From NCBI GenBank assembly GCA_002269645.1, contig NIVC01000773.1:387671-424464 (forward strand): a stretch of 36,794 bases of DNA, given 5' to 3'. Origin of the DNA: Macrostomum lignano. Lineage: Eukaryota. The position numbers and the translations under genes are program-made. Of the stretch, positions 1 through 10,943 are shown in pieces (the first letter of the stretch is position 1; each line of letters starts with the position of its first letter). The notes under the pieces were generated by a model. That model had not been told where the DNA came from, made no database searches, and saw nothing but the letters and a program-made list of their open reading frames with translations.

Positions 1-73
1 AACGGAGCCGACAAAGCCGCAAGCCCGGCGCCAGCTGCAATCAAGACGAAACCGCAAAAAATTGTCAAGTCAC
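1..73 (+). CDS. PLAT gene exon (partial), NGADKAASPAPAAIKTKPQKIVKS
   Basis: Open frame from base 1; donor C|GTGAGT at 73/74 is phase 1 and joins 1624 as CGT (Arg). Confidence 0.65.
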
Positions 74-3000
74 GTGAGTCCGTTGATTATTTGATATCGA
101 TTGGTTATTGAGTGTGTCAGTCCCCAGTGTGAGTGTGTCAGAGTCACCGGTGTGAGTGTGTCAGAGTCACCGGTGTGAGTGTGTCAGAGTCACCGGTGTG
201 AGTGTGTCAGAGTCACCGATGTGAGTGTGTCAGAGTCACCGGTGTGAGTGTGTCAGTCACCGATGTGAGTGTGTCAGAGTCACCGGTGTGAGTGAGTCAG
301 AGTCACCGGTGTAAGTATCAGAGTCACCGGTGTGAGTGTGTCAGAGACACCAGTGTGAGTGAGTCAGAGTCACCGGTGTGAGTGAGTCAGAGTCACCGGT
401 GTGAGTATCAGAGTCACCGGTGAGTGTGTCAGAGACACCAGTGTGAGTGAGTCAGAGTCACCGGTGTGAGTGTCAGAGTCACTGGTGTGAGTGTGACAGA
501 GTCACCGGTGTGAGTGTGTCAGAGACACCAGTGTGAGTGAGTCAGAGTCACCGGTGTGAGTGTCAGAGTCACCGGTGTGAGTGTGTCAGAGTCACCGGTG
601 TGAGTGTGTCAGAGTCACCGGTGTGAGTGTGTCAGAGTCACCGGTGTGAGTGTGTCAGAGTCACCGATGTGAGTGTGTCAGAGTCACCGGTGTGAGTGTG
701 TCAGAGTCACCGGTGTGAGTGAATCAGAGTCACCGGTGTGAGTATCAGAGTCACCGGTGTGAGTGTGTCAGAGACACCAGTGTGAGTGAGTCAGAGTCAC
801 CAGTGTGAGTGAGTCAGAGTCACCGGTGTGAGTGTGACAGTTTCACCGGTGTGAGTGTCAGAGTCACCGGTGTGAGTGTGTCAGTATCACCGGTGTGAGT
901 GTGTCAGAGTCACCGGTGTGAGTGAGTCAGAGTCACCGGTGTGAGTGTCAGAGTCACCGGTGTGAGTGTGACAGAGTCACCGGTGTGAGTGTGTCAGAGT
1001 CACCGGTGTGAGTGTGTCAGAGTCACCGGTGTGAATGTGTCAGAGACACCAGTGTGAATGAATCAGAGTCACCGGTGTGAGTATCAGAGTCACCGGTGTG
1101 AGTGTGTCAGAGACACCAGTGTGAGTGAGTCAGAGACACCAGTGTGAGTGAGTCAGAGTCACCAGTGTGAGTGAGTCAGAGTCACCGGTGTGAGTGTGAC
1201 AGTTTCACCGGTGTGAGTGTCAGAGTCACCGGTGTGAGTGTGTCAGTATCACCGGTGTGAGTGTGTCAGAGTCACCGGTGTGAGTGTGTCAGAGACACCA
1301 GTGTGAGTGAGTCAGAGTCACCGGTGTGAGTGTGTCAGAGTCACCGGTGTGAGTGTGTCAGAGTCACCGGTGTGAATGTGTCAGAGACACCAGTGTGAGT
1401 GTGTCAGAGTCACCGGTGTGAGTGTGTCAGAGTCACCGGTGTGAATGTGTCAGAGACACCAGTGTGAGTGTGTCAGAGTCACCGGTGTGAGTGTGACAGA
1501 GTCACCGGTGTGAGTGTGTCAGAGTCACCGGTGTGAGTGTGTCAGTGTCACCGGTGTGAGTGTCAGAGTCACCGGTGTGAATTTGTCAGTCTCTGAACTG
1601 AAAGAGTCATCAACAACCCCCAGGTGGCCACTGGCGAGTTCAGATCGACACGCCGGGCGTCGGCCATGAAAGTTCGACAGCCGCGAGTTCCTCCCGTCGC
1701 CTCTTTCTCACCGTGTACGGCAGGCAGGGCTGCTCAGGCCCGCTGCCGCTGCTTCGCTCTCAAGCCCGCATTGATGAGGCAGAGTCAGACTTTGAGGTAA
1801 AATTTCAGTAAATTCTTATGTTTGTACATTTGTGATGGACACTTGAATTCTGCTCAGTAAATGTAGATGCAATTTGATATTTTAGGACAAAAATTTTACT
1901 TGAAGGATGATTCTGAGGTGAATGAGTCATCGAGCAGGTGTACATTAGGGACAGAGTTTATCGGGGTGGGGAATGAGTCATCGGCCAGGTGTACATTAGG
2001 GACAGAGTTTATCGGGTGGGGAATGAGTCATCGGGCAGGTGTACATTAGGGACAGAGTTTATCGACTGTAAATTCCGCTGCACATTGGATCAAAGATTAT
2101 TTTACTTAGCGAACAGTCCGAATAGCGATAAAAGATTTTTATGATTTTTATGATTATGAATGATTATTATTTAATCACAGGTGCACACGGGGCAAATTGG
2201 TGAGATTCTGAAAGTGCGGCTGAGCCTGGAGGCCCGACCTCGGAGTTCAGCGGCTGCCACGGTGGCCGCGGCGTCGGCCGCCGATCTGCCAGTCGGGCGT
2301 CTCGTCATGACCGACGCCGACACGGGCGAGGAGCTTCGGTTCGACTTCAATTGCTCGCTGGCCCGCGCCATGATGTGCAAGGAGCTGCCCGCCTTGGGTC
2401 GGGACGGGCGGCCTGTGTTGCCAGGTCTGTCTAAAGTTTGCCATGACTTCTACTTAAGTCTAGCGTTTTCTTCTAGCGTTTTGTACAGTGGGAGGCTGCG
2501 TACGGCTGTTCAGTCCAAGGACTGGGGGGTCGCCACACACCCTCAATTACCCCAGCTAATGCTGGCACCCATTTTATAGCTGGGTGAACTGAAACAATGC
2601 AGAGTCAAGCGTCTTGCTCAAGGACACAAATTGTTCCGAGTGGGTTGAGAATCGAACCCCCGACCTTTTAGTCGTAAGAGTAATGAAAATTACATTAAAG
2701 CTGTCGATCAAGCTGAAGTGAAAATGAAAAGTGCAGTGCCTGGCTCCACTCAGATAACGCCCAACTGCAATGGAGGTCATCCAATGGAGGTCAAGGTGGT
2801 CAAAGGCCCCCCAGGAAAGAGTCTTCCATGCTTGCCTGATGACATCTGCCATAGCTGTGCAAAGCACTGATTCATTGCGCGACCAAAATTCTCCAACTGG
2901 CCACAGACCCCTTTGGGCCATAGACAGTGCAAAGCCAGTCTTCAACAGCTTGACTCTCCCGAATTTAATTGCGATGCATTTAACAACAAAATGGGCACTG

Positions 3001-3330
3001 AAGGCGCATCACGGATGGAAATTTGACAGAAAATACCGCCTCCCGGAGCCGCTGTTTTGCTCTGTCTCGGGTTGCTAAGCAATGTGGATCAATTTTTTGG
3101 GGAGTGACTAAGGGAAAGAACGCCGAAAAGGGGAACTAAGGATTAAAAATGGGACGATAGGATGGAGAAGAAGCTCGTTAGGCTGAGTGGGGCTTCCGTT
3201 GTAGGAGGCGAAGAGGCTGCATGGAGGCGGGCTCGTGCGCGACCTGGGAGTGCGGGAAAAAGGACGTGCCGAGTAAAATCCCCAGGGAGAGGCGCGGGAA
3301 GACGAAACATTAATGCCTGCCATCATTGCT

Positions 3331-3377
<47 letters not shown>

Positions 3378-6300
3378 AATAGCGGGGCACCTATTCCATC
3401 ACCAATTGCAGTGGAGCGGTACACTCTGGAGGTGCACACAGGTGACCTGTACAACGCTGGCACCTCAGCCGCAGTCACCGTCACCCTTCACGGAGACCTT
3501 GGCGACACCGGACCCCGAGAACTGCTTTTCGATCGCGTTGACGATAAAGATTTTCAAGTTGCACCGTTTATGAAAGGACAGGTGCGGGCAGCTGACTAAT
3601 TTTTATGCTTTGATGCAGCTCTTTGTAGCTTATCTTTGTGCCGCTGCAGGCAGATTTCACTTTAATGATTAATTTTCAACTTCAAGGTGGACAAATTCTC
3701 ACTCGAGGCTGTGCACCTGGGCCGCCTGACCAAGCTGAGCGTCTGCCACGACGCCAGAGAGCCCGGACACGGCTGGTACCTGGACAAGGTGGCCGTGCGG
3801 CCGGAGTCCCAACCGGATGAAGCTGCGGAGTTTCTGTGCTACAGGTGGGCGGGATTTGGTTCTGCGATGGAGAGGCTGTAGATAAGAGTAATAAAACACT
3901 ACTTAGAGTAGAGGCGAGAGTTTGAGTAGACGATCTGGAGAAGAGGGCTTAGTGGCTGACATTAGGGACGTAAACAGAAAATTTGAATAGATTTAATGTA
4001 GTAGATAGAGCAATATTAGATTAAATTATGCAGTAGAGTAGAGTAGAGTAAAGTAGAGTAGAGTAGAGTAGAGTAGAATAGAGTTGAGTAGAATGTAGTA
4101 GAGTCGAGTGGAGTCGAGTGGAGTAGAGTGAAGTAGAGTGGAGTAGAGTGTAGTAGAGTGGAGTAGAGTGTAGTAGAGTGGAGTAGAGTGTAGTAGAGTA
4201 TAGTGGAGTAGAGTGGAGTATAATAGATCAGAGTTGTGTAGAGTAGAGTTAAGTAGAGTAACCCTCGCTAATCCGTCGCTCCAATCCAGGTGGCTGGACT
4301 CCGCCGAGGACGACGGTCGACTGGCCAGGGACCTCCGGCCGCTGCGCAGACAGTCGGCGGCCGCCGCCGCATCAGCCGGTGTCCCGCCGGACGAGCAGCC
4401 GGCGCTGCAGCAGCTGGAGCGGTCGTCCTGGCAGGGCATCGCCTGGATGTTCGAGAACAACTGCACCGTGCAGCTCTACTGCCCGGCCACTGGCCGGCCT
4501 GTCCGAGTGAACTCGGACACCAGCGTGGACGCGGCAAGGACGAACGATTTGAGCGAATCGGAGGCCGAGGGGAATCCAATGTGTGAGATTTAGATCTTGC
4601 ACGATGTCTTAACAACAACATAGCAACTAGGTAGCAACGAGCAACCAATTAGCTACGGCAAAACAACTGGTTGGCAACGGCATAGCAACCGGTATAAGAA
4701 TCGGCATAGCAACCAGTTAGCAACGACACAGCAACATGCTAGCAACGGCATAACAACCACTTGGCAACGGCATAGCAACCAGTTAGCAACGGCATAGTAA
4801 CCAGTTAGCAATGGCATAGCAACCAGTTAGCAAAGGCATAGTAACCAGTTAGCAACGGCATAGCAACCAGTTAGCAACGGCATAGCAACCAGTTAGCAAC
4901 GGCATAGCAACCAGTTAGCAACGGCATAGTAACCAGTTAGAAACGGCATAGTAACCAGTATAAGAAACGGCATGGCAACTAAAATCCTCATGGAACCTAC
5001 CTAAGGAATATGCGGTCATAAACAATGCATTTCAGCCTTCTTCACCGTGCTGGCAAAGCCAGATGGGTCGCGGATGTTTCGCTGCCTCGGCGCTCCAAAA
5101 TGCTACCTGGGGCTCAGCCCGAACGGTCTCATAAAAGGCCAGGTAAGGCGGCACCGTATTGACTGAGATCAATAAATACTGCTGTACTCTTAAGACTGTT
5201 TCAGTCTCACAAGACATCATCGCTCGGTTTTCAGTTTCTCATGACCGAGCATCAGGTTCAGGTACAGGTTTTATGATTTCTTAGAAACATGATCCGTTTT
5301 GTTCGACCACCACAAACTAAATAACATTAGAAATTATTGCACTGACCCTTGAAGTTTTTTATCGAATTTACCGATAGCAAAAATAAACAATTCCATTTTG
5401 CCCAACAATGTTACACTGTAGCTTTGCACTCAGCCTGTAGTTACATGATGCAATAAAATATACTTTATTTCTCTTCTCTCCTCATTTATATCTCACTCTA
5501 ATCTCTAGTCTCTAATCTCTAATCTGTCTTCTCTAGTCTCTGATATCTATTCTCTAATCTCTAGCCTCTTCATCTTCCATCTCTTTTTCTCTAATCGGCA
5601 ATCTATCATTTAATATCTTTCATTTCCATTGTTTTATGTCTAATATCTTATCTTCTCCTAATATGTCATAGTGTCACAATCATTCGATATAGAAAGTGAC
5701 CTGATTTCTTAGAAACAAACCTTCGCCTCCGGCCTCGTTTTGCTATTTTTGTTAGAGTTTGTTTTAATAATCCATCAGACTACCGGTAAACCCGCACCAG
5801 CCGCATGCGGGACCTAATTATAACAAAGTATAATTATAACAAAATATAATTATAACAAAATATAATTATAACAAAATATAATTATAACAAAATATAATTA
5901 TAACAAAATATAATTATAACAAAATATAATTATAACAAAATATAATTATAACAAAATATAATTATAACAAAAAAACGAAAAAAAACAAATCGAACCAGGG
6001 CAAATCCGGTGCCCAATGCGAGTTCCGCCTGCGGCCTCACGAGCTGCTGCCGCGCTCCGTTGTTGTCGCATCGGCCAGGCGGCCGTCCCAGCAGCTCCTG
6101 CTCAATGCCGACGGTCGCCAGTCGACGTTGTCGACGTCGAAGAAAGCCGCAGCGGCGACTTCGCTGCCGCAGCCGCTGGTTCCGCACTGCCGCGGTCGGT
6201 TCCGGCAAGGCTCTGTGGTTACCATGGCAACCAGTAGGGAGCAGGCGCTGGCGGTTGAGCAAGACGGCCGCCGCCTGAACGGGGCTGGTCGGCGAGGCCG

Positions 6301-9300
6301 GGTGGCGCTCTTCAGGGTGCGCCGACTGCCCGATGACGAGGGCGAAGGCTACGATGACGGCGAGGGCCGGACAGCGCTGCGGATGTTCGAATCGGTGCTG
6401 CTGCCGGAGCAGTTTCTGCGGCTGCGGGACGGCGAGTTCGACTGCCTGGTTGGTTGCTATGCTGTTGCTATGCTGTTGCTATGCTGTTGCTACGTTGTTG
6501 CTATGCTGTTGCTATGCTGTTGCTATGCTGTTGCTATGCTGTTGCTAGCTGTTGCTATGCTGTTGCAATGCTTTTGCTATGCTGTTGCTATGCTATTGCT
6601 ATTGCGTTGCCATGAGGTTGCTATCAGAGCGCGCATTTTTTAATTTTTAATTTTCAGGGCACCGGGGACGTCAGCTGCCATTTCAAAGTGGAAAAATTCA
6701 AAACAGGCGCTTTCGTCACCCTGCGCAGCTGCTCCAGCGGCCTGTGGCTCGGCTTCGAGCCGGACGGTCGAGCGGTACCAGTGAGCGATGACGCGGAACC
6801 GAATGTTCGGCTCTATCCGGAAGTTTTGACCTGTGAGCAATGTGGAATAGCCACTGGGAGCTGACTGGGAGCTGAGTAGGGAGAGTCAATAGCTGAGTCG
6901 GGAGAGTCAGTAGCTGAGTAGGGAGAGTCAATAGCTGAGTAGGGAGAGTCAATAGCTGAGTAGGGAGAGTCAATAGCTGAGTCATGAGAGTCAGTAGCTG
7001 AGTAGGGAGAGTCAATAGCTGAGTAGGGAGAGTCAATAGCTGAGTAGGAAGAGTCAATAGCTGAGTAGGGAGAGTCAATAGCTGAGTAGGAAGAGTCAAT
7101 AGCTGAGTAGGGAGAGTCAGTAGCTGAGTAGGGAGAGTCAATAGCTGAGTAGGGAGAGTCAGTAGCTGAGTAGGGAGAGTCAGTAGCTAAGTAGGGAGAG
7201 TCGGTAGCTGAGTAGGGAGAGTCAATAGCTGAGTAGGGAGAGTTAGTAGCTGAGTAGGAAGAGTCAGTGACTGAGTAGGGAGCACCAAAAATGCTGTTGT
7301 CATGAATGTGTTATTGTAACTTGAGTTGAGTGCACTATTCTACGCCGGGCCAGTCTGGCCGGCATCTTTCCCCCCCCCTCCTCAGATATTTTCTGACTCA
7401 ACCCCCTTTCACTTCTGCGCGTGCGTATCCTCCCCCTCTCTGCCTAGGCCTTTTCCGTTTAGTCAAACCCCCCTTGCTCTGTGTGCGCCCCGTGCGCCCC
7501 CGCCCCATTCTTTTGTTAGCTTTGCTGCCCCGCCCCTGTTTGTGATTGGCTGCCAGTCCCAGTCTGCCGTGCTGCGCCCCGGCGATTGGCTGGTACGGCT
7601 CATGTTTTTTCTATGCTGATGTCTAAGCCCCTTTTCTGCCTTTATCCCGCGCCCTCAACCCCCAGTTTGCTGCCTATTTATTCTGACCCCCTTGAGACCC
7701 CATTCTCGTCATCTTCGTGGCTCTCCGGTGATTTTGCCAGCGTTGGTTGCTATTAAGTGTCCGAATTGTCCTACAAATACAATTAAAGACTATCGATACT
7801 CCCACTGCTCTGTCGGCGCTGTTCCCGAGTTGTACGACTGAAATCGCGCCGGTAAGCCTTCCAATTTGCAAGTCATTTGGGTCTGCATCTGTACTAGGCA
7901 CCTTAGAGGGATTAAGTGCGTCGTACGCCGGTCCCAACCCAAGCAGCTCTGCGTCGTACGCGAGTCTGTAGGCTGTCGTGCGTCGTACGCTCGAGCAGCC
8001 TGGTCCTGACGGACACCGCGTCGTACGCGTGTCAGTGGAGGACCGCAGCCAGGTTCAGTGCGCGAACCCGGGTCTGGGAAAGGGGCACGAAAGGACCGAG
8101 CCCTTGAGCCCCATCACAACACTGTAATAGAAAAATTCATTAAATTCTCCATAATAATTTTCACACATGCACAGTCGGCAGCCCGAAGCCTCCTCCAAAG
8201 GCGCCGCTGCCGCCGCCACCGCAGCCACTGAAGTCGGAGTCGCCACCGCCACCACTGCCTTCGAAGCCCCAGACGCCGCCGCCGCCGCCACCGCCAGCTC
8301 TCGGCCCAGACGAATGGTTGCTGGGCTTCGCTGACTTCGATGCCAAGAAAAGCAGCGTCGGCCAAAACTTGGCCAGCATGGAGGCCACCGTCTGCTTCGG
8401 CTCGGGCGACGCGGCAGCGACTGCCTCGGCGACAATTTTGCCTCAGTCTGGCGGCGAGGTGCGGCTTCGACTGGCCTTGAAGTCCGCGTCGGCTGACGAG
8501 GCGGCGTCCAGACCGGAGCTGTGGAAGCTGCGCCTCGACCTGATCCCGCGGGATCCTCGGCTGGCGGCGACATGGCAACCGCCTCCGACGCTGCGACGTC
8601 TGTTGCTATGGAAACCGGCGCTTCAAACGACCAACCAGGCGAAAGCGTCGCTATCGATAGAGTTTCGTCTGCCGGCCGCGGCTCGACTTTTCTGGCCGGC
8701 GGCGTCGGCGCCTGGAGACGCGGCGAGCGCGCAGGCGAGCCTGGAGGTGCCGGCCGGCCGACAGGCGGTGGCGGACTATCAGCTGCGACTGGTGACGCTA
8801 AAGGCCTCGACATCGGCTGACGGCGGTCCACTGCAAGGTTGCCTCCGGCTGGAGCTGGTCGGCGACCTGGGCGACACCGGGCGACGGGCCATCAGTTTGC
8901 CGGCTGGGGGCCTCGGCAGCGTCGACGGAGAGGTTTGTGGAATTAGGGAATTCCCGGATTGGAATTTGGGGATCCCCCGATTGGAATTTGGGAATTCCCG
9001 GATTGGAATTTGGGGATCCCCCGATTGGAATTTGGGAATTCCCGGATTGGAATTTGGGGATCCCCCGATTGGAATTAGAGAATTCCCCGACTGGAATTTA
9101 GGAATCTCCCGATTGGAATTTGGGAATCACTCGATTGGAATTTGGGAAATCCCCAGATTGGAATTTGGGAATCCCTCGATTTGAATATGGAAATCCCTCG
9201 ATTGGAATTTGGGAATCTCTCGATTGGAATTTGGGAATCCTCCGATTGGAATTTGGGAAATCCCCAGATTGGAATTTGGGAAATCCCCAGATTGGAATTT

Positions 9301-10907
9301 GGGAAATCCCCAGATTGGAATTTGGGAATCCCCCGATTGGAATTTGGGAATCCCTCGATTGGAATATGGAAATCCCTCGATTGGAATTTAGGAATCCCTC
9401 GATTGGAATTTGGGAATCCTCCGATTGGAATTTGGGAAATCTCCATATTGGAATTTGGGAAATCCCCAGATTGGAATTTGGGAATCCCCCGATTGGAATT
9501 TGGGAATCCCTCGATTGGAATTTGGGAAATCCCCAGATTGGAATTTGGGAAATCCCCAGATTGGAATTTGGGAAATCCCCAGTTTGGAAATTGGGAATCC
9601 CTCGATTGGAATTGGGGAATTACCCGATTGAAATTAGGCAATTTCTTGATAGAGGAATTAGGGAATAATTAAGCTACGAATTTAGCTTAAATATCTTTTC
9701 GGTCTTGCCTGTACCAAAAAAATCATAAGATGATGTCATTCAATCAGTTTATTTACCTAATATGCCTATAAATCTGATTGACAGGTACTCGAAGTGCAGC
9801 TAAGCGCAGTGGATCTGGGTCAGCTCAGGCTGTGCCGAATCTCCGCCGACAGTCGCGAAGCCTCGGGAGCCTGGAACTGCGACCGCCTCATTGCTGCCAG
9901 GCTGGGTCCGGGCTTCTCCGTCACCGACTTCATCTGCTGTGATTGGCTGCGGCCTCGGGGGGAGCCGGACGGCAGAGCCGAGCGAACTCTGCGGCCCGAC
10001 GGTGAGGCCCGAATTCCTGCCCTGCCTGCGGCTGGGGACATTGGCGTTTGGGGATCTTTTTGGAATTGGGGATCAGTTAGGATGCAGGAAATCATTTGGG
10101 AATCCTTGGCGATTTGGAATTTTAGGGGTTATTTTGTACTTGGGATCATTTGGGACTCGGGAATTAGTTGGGACTTGGGAGCATTTATCTGGGATTTGGG
10201 GGGTTAGTTGGGATTAGGGGGGATTTGGGGGGGGGTTAGTTGGGATTTGGGGGGGATTAGTTGGGATATGGGGAATTAGTTGGGATATTGGGGAATTAGT
10301 TGGGATTTGGGGGACTAGCGGGGATGTGGAGAATTTGTTGATAAGCATCACTCGAAACAACTAAGGATGTGAGTATCCCATTTCAGGTAAAAATTTACAC
10401 GTACATGCCATACTTTCAGAGTTCGCACTCACTCGAAAAGAAATCGGGTATATAATACAATTGTTTCAATCCAGCAGCAGCTTCCACAAGTCCGCCCAGC
10501 TCATAAAATGCATTCATCAAATTTTGTTGTTCATTTGTTACAAATGTTTTGCAATGCCCGTAAAAAGGTTGGCTGACTTTATTTGAGTGAGTAGTATTGC
10601 CGGGTTTAGAACGGAAATGGACTTCCTCTCAAAGGTGTCTGATGTGGGATGCTGGGAGGCACCGTAGACTCCATGAACCTCCATAATAAGCTGAGTCCTG
10701 CTCAGGACTTTTTTGTTTCCCTCTCCCCTCTCTTCCTCGTTCTTCCCTTCTCTCTCTCTCCATCCTGCTTTTGCCATCTCTGTTTCTCTTCTCTCGTTCT
10801 TCCCCAACTCGCCCTCTACCCCTATAACCCCCGCTCTCTCTTCCTCTCTCTCATCCAACTCCTCTCTCCCCTCTCCCCCTCTCTCTCTCTCTCTCTCTCC
10901 CCTCTCT

Positions 10908-10943
<36 letters not shown>

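Noticed and set aside
2830-2880. CTGATGA hammerhead ribozyme core (also on the minus strand near 19365)
   Set aside because: No GAAA partner or stems I-III at appropriate spacing.
2710-3100. Possible LINE reverse-transcriptase remnant on the minus strand
   Set aside because: Only vague PILLL/AFD-like words in different frames; not supportable without a search.
9075-9672. LEFGNP/GIWE repeat ORFs on both strands
   Set aside because: Products of an intronic minisatellite; the same applies to the LTLPTQL (6716-7141), Pro/Ser/Leu (10649-11500) and GGPK (22044-22416) ORFs.
10400-10520. Minus-strand peptide GLKQLYYIPDFFSSECEL resembling the AlkB-family GLxYIPDF motif
   Set aside because: Very short match, stops on both sides, no splice-supported continuation or HxD motif.
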